Shown here: in pieces, positions 24,866-33,020 of the stretch
How the letters are laid out: every line of letters begins with the position of its first letter
How positions within the stretch are numbered: the stretch's first letter is position 1
DNA from: Planctomycetota bacterium
GTDB lineage: Bacteria > Planctomycetota > Phycisphaerae > SM23-33
NCBI GenBank assembly: GCA_034190305.1
Contig: JAXHSV010000002.1
Location: 1-37,127, forward strand
Direction: 5' to 3'
DNA length: 37,127 nt
Made by a program: the position numbers and the translations under genes
The notes under the pieces: model-generated
Told to the model about the DNA's origin: nothing
Databases searched by the model: none
What the model saw: the letters and a program-made list of their open reading frames with translations, nothing else

Positions 24866-25417
24866 CTACCACATCGGACCGTTCAGGTCGATCTTACCGG
24901 TGGGCCACTGCTCCAAAGGCATCCGAACCGGGCAGATCATAATGTATCCGACTCCGTTGTGGTCCCACCTTCTGAATGTTCCGTCGGGGTTTTCGATGAT
25001 CGTCTCGTTTTCAATCTTTTGCCAGCCGAAGCGGGCATAGAATCCATACTTGTCACGGTGGCAGAAAAGCAGGCCGAAGTCAAACCGGGCTTCTGTTTGA
25101 AAACGTTCCCGGACAGCCTGCATGACGGCCTTGCCCGCACCGCTGCCCCGGACGTCCGGATGAGAGCAGACATTCGCAACGCCGCCGATGAGCAGTTCTT
25201 TTTCGCCGGCGTCGATGATTCGAGGCAGCAGGCGGGCGCCGGCGACAAGCCGACCGTCGCGGCGAACGCCGAACCACAAATCGTCTTCCGGCGGCGTGTG
25301 ATACCACCGCTGGTGGGCAAAATCCGCCGATTCGGGAAAAGCAAGGTGCTGAAGTTCCAGAATTTCCCGATCCTGCCGCGGAGAAATGTCCTGTTCTTTC
25401 GTAATTTCAACTTTCAT
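24866..25417 (-). CDS. GNAT-family N-acetyltransferase
   Basis: ATG 25417 (MKVEITKEQ...). The acetyl-CoA-binding segment is [14 protein letters not shown]. The stop lies 8 nt upstream of the thiC start. Confidence 0.7.
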   Translation of the reverse strand: MKVEITKEQDISPRQDREILELQHLAFPESADFAHQRWYHTPPEDDLWFGVRRDGRLVAGARLLPRIIDAGEKELLIGGVANVCSHPDVRGSGAGKAVMQAVRERFQTEARFDFGLLFCHRDKYGFYARFGWQKIENETIIENPDGTFRRWDHNGVGYIMICPVRMPLEQWPTGKIDLNGPMW

Positions 25418-25444
25418 CAGGAAAACCTCGCATCTGCCGCGCAT

Positions 25445-25500
25445 AAAATCGGCCGCGCGCCGGCGGCCGGAATATGAGCCACAAAACTCTGAAATTCCGT
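25445..25500 (-). terminator. putative expression-platform terminator of the TPP riboswitch
   Basis: On the minus strand, GGCCGC-cggcgc-GCGGCC is followed by GAUUUUAUG. It lies between the aptamer and the GNAT start. Confidence 0.4.
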
Positions 25501-25502
25501 CC

Positions 25503-25590
25503 GCTTCCCTACGCAGTTCACACCCACGCGAACGGGCATTTACTGGTCAGGTTCCAAGGGTCATTCTCAGTCCACACGGACGCCCCTAGC
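25503..25590 (-). promoter_or_regulatory. TPP (THI-box) riboswitch
   Basis: The minus strand reads CUAGGGGCGuccgugugGACUGAGAaugACCCuuggaACCUGAccaguAAAUGCccguucgcgugggugugaaCUGCGUAGGGAAGcgg. All conserved THI-box blocks are present (GGGG.G, CUGAGA, ACCC, ACCUGA, AAUGC, GCGUAGGGAA), with an extended P3 region. Confidence 0.8.
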
Positions 25591-25752
25591 AGTCCGTGGC
25601 GAAAGTGCTTCTTCGGCGAGAGTGAGGGATTTCGCCCGGGTACAAGGAGCAAAAACGCAGGCGAATCCGGGAGATTCGTCGAGTTTTTGCGACGCAGTGC
25701 AACGGGTGAAAGACCCGCTCGCAGCCAGAATGACTTTCACCACGGGCTGCTA
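25586..25752. repeat. ~167-bp nested imperfect palindrome (MITE-like element or structured RNA)
   Basis: The outer arm ctagcagtccgtggcgaaagt (25586-25606) pairs with actttcaccacgggctgctag (25732-25752). The inner arm gcaaaaacgcaggcgaatc pairs with gattcgtcgagtttttgc around the centre at ~25670. Confidence 0.75.
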
Positions 25753-25776
25753 GCGAACCACTTTTATCTTATCATC

Positions 25777-26508
25777 TTACCATTTCACTTGCAGGTAATC
25801 CACCTCCAGCACCGGTTCATCCCCGACAAGCACATTACTTCCGATCTTCATAACCGAAATTCGCACCGGAAACGCCATCCCGTTGGGAAACATTTGCCAG
25901 GAATAGACGGTTACTGTCCCATCGCCGCCGGCTTCGTCGGACCCGGCGGTTACCATCCTGAGGACACTGGTCTGCGCGTCAAAATAATACGCTTTTATAT
26001 CGCCGACCCCCCCGGTAACAGGAACTCGAATCAAGTCTCTGCCGTCAATTCGCACTCGCTCCGTGGCGGTTGGTTTTTCATCGCCGCCGCAGAGATTCCT
26101 CGGCCCGCGAACCCTGTGCAGAATAGTCTGCAATGATTCGATTACCGCCTTCTTTCTTTCAGGCGACGCGACGAAACCCTTCGACTTGAATCTGGAACCT
26201 CCGATGCCGCCGACCGACGCTGTCCAACTACCGTCAGCCGTTTTGGCCGACGCCCGAATCACGTCTCCTTCCGGGTTGATAACCTGGTGCTGCTCGTTAA
26301 TCGTCGCCTTTCCGGCATCGTCGTAAATGCTGACAACGGCAGTGGCTTCGATGTTACCGACCGACCGACACCTGGCGATCCCGCCCATCGCATCGACGCT
26401 TCCGGCTACTACGTCACGGGCCGGTCCCAGTTTGTACCCCGCATACGGATCCGCACATCCAGCCGCCGCCAGAAAACACACCGCCGCAGATAAGAGAATC
26501 TTCTTCAT
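25777..26508 (-). CDS. hypothetical lipoprotein
   Basis: 243 aa. Signal peptide plus lipobox [19 protein letters not shown] recognise no family. Confidence 0.6.
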   Translation of the reverse strand: MKKILLSAAVCFLAAAGCADPYAGYKLGPARDVVAGSVDAMGGIARCRSVGNIEATAVVSIYDDAGKATINEQHQVINPEGDVIRASAKTADGSWTASVGGIGGSRFKSKGFVASPERKKAVIESLQTILHRVRGPRNLCGGDEKPTATERVRIDGRDLIRVPVTGGVGDIKAYYFDAQTSVLRMVTAGSDEAGGDGTVTVYSWQMFPNGMAFPVRISVMKIGSNVLVGDEPVLEVDYLQVKW

Positions 26509-26546
26509 TTCCGCTTACTCCTCTATACCGCTTGAAATCAAGACAC

Positions 26547-26620
26547 CATCCCCGACAGGATTCGAACCTGTAACCTTCGGCTCCGGAGGCCGACGCTCTA
26601 TCCAATTGGGCTACGGGGAC
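26547..26620 (-). tRNA. tRNA-Arg (anticodon CCG)
   Basis: The minus strand reads GTCCCCGTAGCCCAATTGGATAGAGCGTCGGCCTCCGGAGCCGAAGGTTACAGGTTCGAATCCTGTCGGGGATG. The anticodon stem is TCGGC/GCCGA with loop CTCCGGA. There is one C-A mismatch in the D stem. Confidence 0.85.
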
Positions 26621-26635
26621 CCGATTGCTGAATTG

Positions 26636-26664
26636 ATTCTCTCAGCAGACCGCCGGTAAGTCAA
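26636..26664 (-). promoter_or_regulatory. candidate sigma70-type promoter of tRNA-Arg
   Basis: On the minus strand: TTGACT (26664-26659), 17-bp spacer, GAGAAT (26641-26636), 15 nt before the tRNA 5' end. Confidence 0.35.
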
Positions 26665-26713
26665 TAGTCATAACCGATGGCGCGTTTATTCGACGGTTTT
26701 ATCGTCTGGGGCG

Positions 26714-26742
26714 TTGACGTCGGCGGTCAAATCGCTTACAGT
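26714..26742 (+). promoter_or_regulatory. candidate sigma70-type promoter of tig
   Basis: TTGACG (26714-26719), 17-bp spacer, TACAGT (26737-26742), about 75 nt upstream of ATG 26817. Confidence 0.35.
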
Positions 26743-26816
26743 CCTGCCGTTGAAAGATGTTTCGTATTAACCCCATCGAAGGATGGCGGGAAAGTAAGAC
26801 GGGAACCGATACTCAA

Positions 26817-28253
26817 ATGACTGAAGAAACCAAAAACGCACCGGAGCAGGACCCGGCAGTGAACGACAATGTCGCAGCGGACGTAATTTCCGAGACGGCC
26901 GAGTCCGAAGAAAGCAAACTGCCCGACAACACGGTAACGGTCGAAGACGCCGGCACACTGAGAAAGAAAGTTACCGTGCAGGTGAACCGGCAGAGAATCG
27001 ACGCGAAGTTCAGCGAGATGTTCGGCGAACTCGGACGAACGGCCCAGGTGCCGGGATTCCGCATCGGGCGCGCGCCGCGACGACTCATCGAGAAACGCTT
27101 CGGAAAAGATGTCGCCGACGACGTCCGCAACTCGCTGGTGGGCGAGGCGATCGGCGATGCGCTTGACAAGGCCGAATTCAAGACCATCGGCGAACCGGAA
27201 ATCAAACTCGAAGAAATCGAACTGCCCGAAAAAGACGAGATGACCTTCAGTTTCGAGGTGGAGGTCGCGCCGGAATTCGACCTGCCCGACTACAAGGGAA
27301 TCGAGATTAAACGCCCCGTCATCGAGGTAAACGACGAGCGGATTGACGAATTCCTGACGTCTTTCCGCCATCGCTACGGGCGGTTCAAGCCAACCGACAC
27401 GCCCGCTCAGGCCGGTGACGTCGTCGTCGCCGACGTGAGCATCACGGGCGATAACATCGACTTCGAACAGTCCAACCTGGAATTGCGCGTTGCACCTGCG
27501 CAGGTCGAAGGTATTATCCTCGAAGACCTGGAAAAGACGCTCACCGGAAACAAAACCGGCGACAAGCCATCCGTAAAGGCTACGGTGCCTGCCGGTCATC
27601 CCAACGAGGACTGGCGTGAGAAGGAAGTTACCGCTACGTTCGATATCCGGGAGGTCAAGCGGCTTGAACTGCCTGAACTGAACGATGATTTTGCACAACA
27701 GGCGGGGTTCGACTCCATCTATGAGATGCGCCAAGCGGTCAGCGAGCGGCTGGAGTCCGGCGTAATCATCGAGCAGCGTCGGGCGATGCGGAACCAGGTC
27801 TGCGACTTCCTGAGTAAGAACGTAAGCTTCGACCTTCCCGAAGGTCTGGCTCGACGTTACGCCAGCCGACTGCTAATGAGGCGGGCCGTAGAACTGATGG
27901 ACTCCGGCGTACCAAAGGACCGGATTGATCAGAACCTTCAGGAACTTCAGGCAGCAGCGGAAGAACGCGCCGAGGGAGAACTGAAGTTGTCATTCATTCT
28001 GGGCAAACTGGCCGATGCCGAGGACATCGAGGTGGACGACGGGGAGATTAACGCACGAATCGCCCAAATGGCGGCCCAGTACAACCGCCGACCCGAACGG
28101 CTCCGCCAGGAAATGACCAAAGAAGGCACTCTTGACCAACTTGCCACCGCAATCCGGGAAGAAAAAGCGATAGAAAAGGTGCTGGAACAAGCCAATATCA
28201 TCGATGCCGAAAAAGAAGGTGACAAAAAGAAAGACGACAAAAAGAAGAAATAG
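26817..28253 (+). CDS. tig: trigger factor
   Basis: ATG 26817 within ORF 26757..28253. FGELGRTAQVPGFRIGRAPRRLIEKRFG and the overall architecture match trigger factor. It has an acidic ~45-aa N-terminal extension and a Lys-rich tail. Confidence 0.9.
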   Translation: MTEETKNAPEQDPAVNDNVAADVISETAESEESKLPDNTVTVEDAGTLRKKVTVQVNRQRIDAKFSEMFGELGRTAQVPGFRIGRAPRRLIEKRFGKDVADDVRNSLVGEAIGDALDKAEFKTIGEPEIKLEEIELPEKDEMTFSFEVEVAPEFDLPDYKGIEIKRPVIEVNDERIDEFLTSFRHRYGRFKPTDTPAQAGDVVVADVSITGDNIDFEQSNLELRVAPAQVEGIILEDLEKTLTGNKTGDKPSVKATVPAGHPNEDWREKEVTATFDIREVKRLELPELNDDFAQQAGFDSIYEMRQAVSERLESGVIIEQRRAMRNQVCDFLSKNVSFDLPEGLARRYASRLLMRRAVELMDSGVPKDRIDQNLQELQAAAEERAEGELKLSFILGKLADAEDIEVDDGEINARIAQMAAQYNRRPERLRQEMTKEGTLDQLATAIREEKAIEKVLEQANIIDAEKEGDKKKDDKKKK

Positions 28254-28345
28254 ATAGCAGGATTACAGGGATTACAGGATTCGGGGTTTTTCTTTTATTT
28301 TTGTCCTATAATCTTAAAATCCCCATAATCCCGCTATTCTTCTTC
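28243..28345. repeat. Low-complexity palindromic intergenic element, GGATTACAG family, copy 2
   Basis: The left arm aagaagaaatagatagcaggattacagggattacaggattcgggg pairs with the right arm cctataatcttaaaatccccataatcccgctattcttcttc. It shares an exact 23-mer with 2865-2887. The left arm overlaps the last tig codons. Confidence 0.75.
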
Positions 28346-28368
28346 AGAATCAGAGGAAATCAAAGAAC

Positions 28369-28959
28369 ATGGCATACACCGAATACGCCCGACAGCGTGA
28401 GATGACACTTGAAGAGCGCCTCGCGGAAGAGCGAATCGTTTTTCTCTGGGGCGAGATCGCTCCCAACATCGCAGGCGCGCTGATAATGCGCCTTCTGGAA
28501 CTGCACGCCAAGGCGCAAAACCGCGACATCCACCTTTACATCAACTCGCCCGGCGGGGCTGTCGATGACACGCTGGCAATCTACGACACGATGCAGTTCC
28601 TCGAATGCGACGTAGCCACATATTGCGTCGGTCAGGCCGCCAGCGGTGCGGCAATCATCCTCGCATCAGGAACAAAAGGCAAACGCTTCGCCCTGCCCCA
28701 CTCAAAGATAATGATCCACCAGCCATGGGGCGGCGTAACGGGACAGGCAGCCGATATTCAGATTCAGGCAGAGGAAATCCTCAAGGCAAAGCGAATGCTG
28801 AATGAAATCCTCGCCAGGCACACCGAAAGAACTGTCGAACAAATCGAAAACGAAACAGAGCGGGACCGATACCTCACACCCGCCGAAGCGAAGGAATACG
28901 GAATCGTCGATGAGATCGTAACTGCTGCGGCGCAAGCCGCAAAAAAGAAGAAAGAATAA
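28369..28959 (+). CDS. clpP: ATP-dependent Clp protease proteolytic subunit, paralog 1
   Basis: 196 aa with the Ser-His-Asp triad context GQAASGAA, MIHQPWGG and ETERDRYL. Confidence 0.9.
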   Translation: MAYTEYARQREMTLEERLAEERIVFLWGEIAPNIAGALIMRLLELHAKAQNRDIHLYINSPGGAVDDTLAIYDTMQFLECDVATYCVGQAASGAAIILASGTKGKRFALPHSKIMIHQPWGGVTGQAADIQIQAEEILKAKRMLNEILARHTERTVEQIENETERDRYLTPAEAKEYGIVDEIVTAAAQAAKKKKE

Positions 28960-28971
28960 ACTTCAGGTGTA

Positions 28972-29604
28972 ATGATGGAAAATCAGCATCTCGTACCAAT
29001 CGTTATTGAGAAGTCAGGGCGCAGCGAGCGGAGTTACGATATTTATTCCAGGCTGCTGCGGGACCGTATAGTCTTCATCGGAGGGCAGATTGACGACGGC
29101 GTCGCCAATCTGGTTATCGCGCAGTTGCTGTTTCTGTCCAACGAAGACCCCAAGGCGGACATCAACATTTACGTCAATTCGCCCGGCGGGAGCATTTCGG
29201 CGGGCATGGCGATATACGATACGATGCAGTTCGTCCGCTGCGACGTCTCGACCGTCTGCGTAGGAATGGCTGCGTCGATGGGCGCGCTGCTGATGGCGGC
29301 GGGAGCACGCGGAAAACGAACCATCCTGCCCAACAGCAGGGTTCTGGTCCACCAGCCGCTTATCCGCGGCGTGCTGACGGGGCCGGCGACCGAACTGGAC
29401 ATCGAGGCCAGAGAAATCATCCGCCTGCGAAAGCGACTCTACGAAGTTCTTTCAAAGCATACCGGACAATCGATCGAACAGATCGAACGCGACTGCGACC
29501 GGAACAAATGGCTCAACGCCGAAGAGGCCGTCGAATATGGCTGTGCCGACAGGATTCTCCAGCACATGCCAAAACCGGACACCGAGACGCTAAAGGCGAC
29601 ATAA
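28972..29604 (+). CDS. clpP: ATP-dependent Clp protease proteolytic subunit, paralog 2
   Basis: 210 aa with [13 protein letters not shown] and [10 protein letters not shown]. It starts 12 nt after paralog 1. Confidence 0.9.
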   Translation: MMENQHLVPIVIEKSGRSERSYDIYSRLLRDRIVFIGGQIDDGVANLVIAQLLFLSNEDPKADINIYVNSPGGSISAGMAIYDTMQFVRCDVSTVCVGMAASMGALLMAAGARGKRTILPNSRVLVHQPLIRGVLTGPATELDIEAREIIRLRKRLYEVLSKHTGQSIEQIERDCDRNKWLNAEEAVEYGCADRILQHMPKPDTETLKAT

Positions 29605-29605
29605 A

Positions 29606-30265
29606 ATGAAACGCCCTACCCAGGCAGGGACTTTTTCATCGGCGATAATCCGCCTTACCCCGGCTGCGCTGCTGCTCGTCGGGTGTATCTCGCAGCAGGC
29701 TGACCAGACCGCGATCCAACTCCGCCGCTGCCGAGAGGAAAACACCAAACTCCAGGCCGATATTCAGGACCTGCAAACCGAACTGCTCGCCCGGCAGAAG
29801 CAAATCCGGACGCTACAGGGTCTTGGCGAGAAGCGGCTGGAAAACCTCTTCCACGTTACAGGCGTAAAACTCGGAAAATACACCGCCGGCGCGGACCTCG
29901 ATAAAACCCCCGGCCAGGACGGTATCCGCGTCTATCTGACGCCAATCGACCGCGACGGGCACGCGATTAAGGCAGCCGGTGCGGTAAAGATTCAACTGTT
30001 CGACCTGGCTGCGAAGGAAAACCTCGTAGCCGAACATGATTTCCCCGTCGAAAAGATTTCCGAACAATGGGCCGGCGGATTCATGACGTATCACTACTGT
30101 TTCGACTGCCGATGGCCCGCCCCGCCCGAACACGACGAAATCACCGTCCGCGTCGAATTCATCGACTACCTCACAGGAAAGACCTTCACAGTCCAGATGG
30201 TCTGCAAAGTAAAACTGCCGGTTTCGACAACGGCTACCGCCCCCGCCACCCAGCCGGGGAAATAA
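29606..30265 (+). CDS. hypothetical lipoprotein with a coiled-coil segment; paralogous to 33021..33545
   Basis: Lipobox LLLVGC, then a heptad-like region (QLRRCREENTKLQADIQDLQTELLARQKQIRTLQ). The C-terminal beta-rich domain DGIRVYLTPIDRDGHAIKAAGAVKIQLF aligns with RGIDVRIEAIDAYGDANKAFGQFRFELY of the other gene. Confidence 0.6.
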   Translation: MKRPTQAGTFSSAIIRLTPAALLLVGCISQQADQTAIQLRRCREENTKLQADIQDLQTELLARQKQIRTLQGLGEKRLENLFHVTGVKLGKYTAGADLDKTPGQDGIRVYLTPIDRDGHAIKAAGAVKIQLFDLAAKENLVAEHDFPVEKISEQWAGGFMTYHYCFDCRWPAPPEHDEITVRVEFIDYLTGKTFTVQMVCKVKLPVSTTATAPATQPGK

Positions 30266-30274
30266 TCACCCCTT

Positions 30275-30685
30275 CTATTCCAACAGAATCGTTTTTACGC
30301 AGGCAACCAGGCTCCACATTATTATCCCCGCAGCCATGGTGAAAATTAACAGCCCCCATTGGTCCCGAATGGCGCCGACGATCCGAAACGCCGCATATTC
30401 GCCTCCGACAAGTATTATTATGACCGGCAGCAATATAGTCCCGCCGGCCAGGCCGCTGTCCTCGACAAGTTTCCGCCCTACGGCATAGCCGACTGGGTAC
30501 CCAACCGCAGCAGGCACCAAAAACATCAAAGTCAGCACAGACCAGTGTGAAGGCAGGAAGTCAACGATGGGCCAGGCGAAATACATCAATACCCCCGCGA
30601 CGCACGCCCCCGCCGCTGTGCGATAGCCCGCCTTGCCCAGGGCAATCATCCAGCCACGCGCGGGTGTCCATTCGTTCGGGTCCAT
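30275..30685 (-). CDS. hypothetical small integral membrane protein (~4 TM)
   Basis: 136 aa and hydrophobic. It starts 3 nt after the stop of the methyltransferase gene, on the same strand. Confidence 0.55.
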   Translation of the reverse strand: MDPNEWTPARGWMIALGKAGYRTAAGACVAGVLMYFAWPIVDFLPSHWSVLTLMFLVPAAVGYPVGYAVGRKLVEDSGLAGGTILLPVIIILVGGEYAAFRIVGAIRDQWGLLIFTMAAGIIMWSLVACVKTILLE

Positions 30686-30688
30686 GAT

Positions 30689-31546
30689 TTAGCCCTCCCA
30701 CAAGGATGGTTGCTGACTTTCGGCTGATTTTCTGGTCTTTACGCGCCTTTGCGGACGCAGCGCTTCGGGATTTTCGGCGATTTCGGTCCCCCGCCGCCGG
30801 CCGGCGAGGGTCTCGGCGATGCGATTTGTGGATTCAGCCACATATTTTTCCGAAATGTCGATGCCAAGATATTCCCTCCCCAGTCTCGCAGCCACTGTGC
30901 AGGTCGTGCCAGAGCCGCTGAACGGGTCAAGAACAAGGCCGCCCTCGTTGGAAGAAACGCTGACGATGCGCTCCAGCACCTTCTCGGGCATCTGGCAGGG
31001 ATGCCACTGGACGCGCTCCTTAAACGTCCCGCAGACGCGCGAAAAACTCCACACATCATCGGGAACCTTTCCTGTCGGATTGGCCCGCTTGTCGGCGTAT
31101 GTCGTCTGTCGGGCTGACGGGATGCGGACAGCCATGTCGTTAAAAGTAAAAATTTTGGGGTCCTTTACGAAATAGAACAGGTGCGCATGGCTTCGGGCGA
31201 ATTTGCGCTTGGTGTTCTGGCCGAAGGTGTAATGCCAGATAATCCAGTTCCGCAGGTGCAGGCCCAGCGAGTTTCCGATGATGCGGACCTCTGCTGCGTA
31301 TTCGTCGCCGATGGCGATCCAGAAAGAACCCGTCGGCTTGAGGGCCTTTTCGACGCAAACCCGCATCCATTCTTCCGTCCAGGCGTAGTATTCATCATAT
31401 TTTTTGCGGTCCTGGTACACGTCGTACTTGTAGCCGATGTTGAACGGCGGGTCGGCGAAAATAAGGTCCGCTATCGGCTCGTTCAAGTCTGACAGAATTT
31501 TGATGCAATCGCCTGCGATTATTCGGTTAGGTGTGATTTTCTTCAT
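30689..31546 (-). CDS. beta-class DNA methyltransferase (N6_N4_Mtase family; the DPPF motif suggests N6-adenine)
   Basis: ATG 31546 (MKKITPNRIIAGDC...). Motif IV DPPFN precedes motif I LDPFSGSGTT, which is the circularly permuted beta order. No nuclease gene is adjacent. Confidence 0.8.
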   Translation of the reverse strand: MKKITPNRIIAGDCIKILSDLNEPIADLIFADPPFNIGYKYDVYQDRKKYDEYYAWTEEWMRVCVEKALKPTGSFWIAIGDEYAAEVRIIGNSLGLHLRNWIIWHYTFGQNTKRKFARSHAHLFYFVKDPKIFTFNDMAVRIPSARQTTYADKRANPTGKVPDDVWSFSRVCGTFKERVQWHPCQMPEKVLERIVSVSSNEGGLVLDPFSGSGTTCTVAARLGREYLGIDISEKYVAESTNRIAETLAGRRRGTEIAENPEALRPQRRVKTRKSAESQQPSLWEG

Positions 31547-31589
31547 TCGTGTTCTTCGCAACCGTAAATGTTAATTCGAGTCAGTTCTT

Positions 31590-31664
31590 CGACACAGAGG
31601 CGCAGAGAGACAGAGAGTAAAAGAAGAAAAAGATTTTTCTCCGTTCCTCTGTGTCTCTGTGTCG
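31590..31664. repeat. Low-complexity palindromic intergenic element, CACAGAG family, copy 2 (inverted relative to copy 1)
   Basis: The left arm cgacacagaggcgcagagagacagagag (31590-31617) pairs with the right arm ctccgttcctctgtgtctctgtgtcg (31639-31664). The reverse complement of the right arm, CGACACAGAGACACAGAGGAAC.GAG, is nearly identical to 8915-8940. Confidence 0.8.
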
Positions 31665-31723
31665 CATCAGTTTTTTCACAAGTTTAACTACTACTCTGCG
31701 AAGCGGCATCGTTGCGCAGACCG

Positions 31724-32692
31724 CTAACGCCTGTGCACCAGGTATCCGACATACGCCACATATCCCATCAGCAGCAGTACGGCTTCCCATCGGTCCAGTT
31801 TGCGTTTTTTTCCCGTGAACATCGTCAGAAACAGAACAATTGTGGCGGCTATCATCGCCAGCGAATCGACATTGAATAATGAGGAATAAGCGATCGGATA
31901 AACCACTCCGCTGATTCCAAGGACCATCAGCAGGTTCAGGATGCACGATCCGACGATATTTCCGACGGCTATATCGCACCGTTTCCGGTAGGCGGCGACG
32001 GCGGAGGTCGCCAGTTCCGGAAGCGACGTTCCGCCGGCGATAATCGTGCACGCTATCAACTTCTTGCTGACACCCAGTTGCGTAGCGACATCAATAGCCC
32101 CGTTGACCGTAAAACGTCCGCCGAAAAACAAGGCCGCCAGTCCGCCGACAATCATAAGCCCCGATGTCCGATAAGAGTAGGTTACAACATCATACTGGTC
32201 CACCGACTCAATCCTGGAAATCCCAAACGTGTATATCAGGAATATCGCCAGGAAACCGAGCAGCACCAGCCCGTCGGTACGGGAGAGCAAATTGGCTGCG
32301 CCGGCGCCTCCCCATGAATCGTTCACCAGCATGAACACCACAAGCGTCGCAAGCAGCAAAAACGGGATCTCTTTCCAGACGGTGTTTTTCTGAACAGTCA
32401 ACGGGTAAATCAGCCCGGCGACGCCGAGTATCAGCAGGGTGTTGGCCATATTGCTGCCAATGACGTCTCCAAAGACTATTTCATGTTGTCCGCCGCCGGC
32501 TGCAAATATGCTGATTAATAATTCAGGCGCAGAGGTTCCGAAGGCGACCACCGTCAGGGCAATTGCGATTTCTGAAATAGACATCTTCTTCGCAAGCGAA
32601 GCGGCCCCTCGGACCATCGCTTCTGCCCCGGCGATTAGCAGCACCAGTCCCGAAACTATCATCACTGTCGGCAGCACAAGGCTCATGTTCAC
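31724..32692 (-). CDS. CaCA-family cation/Ca2+ antiporter (YrbG-like)
   Basis: 322 aa and polytopic, with two alpha-repeat signatures, GTSAPEL and GTSLPEL. GTG start at 32692; ATG 32686 is an alternative. Confidence 0.85.
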   Translation of the reverse strand: MNMSLVLPTVMIVSGLVLLIAGAEAMVRGAASLAKKMSISEIAIALTVVAFGTSAPELLISIFAAGGGQHEIVFGDVIGSNMANTLLILGVAGLIYPLTVQKNTVWKEIPFLLLATLVVFMLVNDSWGGAGAANLLSRTDGLVLLGFLAIFLIYTFGISRIESVDQYDVVTYSYRTSGLMIVGGLAALFFGGRFTVNGAIDVATQLGVSKKLIACTIIAGGTSLPELATSAVAAYRKRCDIAVGNIVGSCILNLLMVLGISGVVYPIAYSSLFNVDSLAMIAATIVLFLTMFTGKKRKLDRWEAVLLLMGYVAYVGYLVHRR

Positions 32693-32830
32693 ATTTCCTC
32701 TAGAATGTGCCCGGAAGGAGCATCGAAAAACACCTCCGGAATTATCTCCGCCGGCATCCTTGAGAGTGATTATTTATTCCGGGACGCCCAAAGGCAAGAA
32801 AAGCCTTTAACTCCATCCTAAAAAAAACGC

Positions 32831-32860
32831 TTGACCGGACGGGGATAATGACGATTTAAT
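32831..32860 (+). promoter_or_regulatory. candidate sigma70-type promoter of tRNA-Gly
   Basis: TTGACC (32831-32836), 18-bp spacer, TTTAAT (32855-32860), 12 nt before the tRNA 5' end. Confidence 0.35.
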
Positions 32861-32872
32861 ACGTGTCGGTTT

Positions 32873-32944
<72 letters not shown>

Positions 32945-32953
32945 TTTGCTGGT

Positions 32954-33015
32954 GGTTGGTAGCCGGTAGTCAGTAACCGGTAAGAACCGGCTACCGGCTA
33001 TTGACTACCGATTAC
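32954..33015. repeat. Low-complexity palindromic element, GGTAGCC/GGTAGTC family (possible tRNA-Gly terminator)
   Basis: ggtagtcagtaaccggta (32965-32982) pairs with taccggctattgactacc (32992-33009), an 18-bp stem with 2 mismatches and a 9-nt loop. Confidence 0.7.
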
Positions 33016-33020
33016 TAATT

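Noticed and set aside
22663-26620. A genomic island or prophage integrated at the tRNA-Leu or tRNA-Arg genes
   Set aside because: There is no integrase, no direct repeat of a tRNA 3' end that I could spot, and the flanking genes (LysE, thiC, GNAT, lipoprotein) look chromosomal.
30689-31546. A complete type II restriction-modification system
   Set aside because: No endonuclease-like ORF is adjacent. The neighbours are a small membrane protein and a CaCA antiporter. It is therefore reported only as an orphan methylase.
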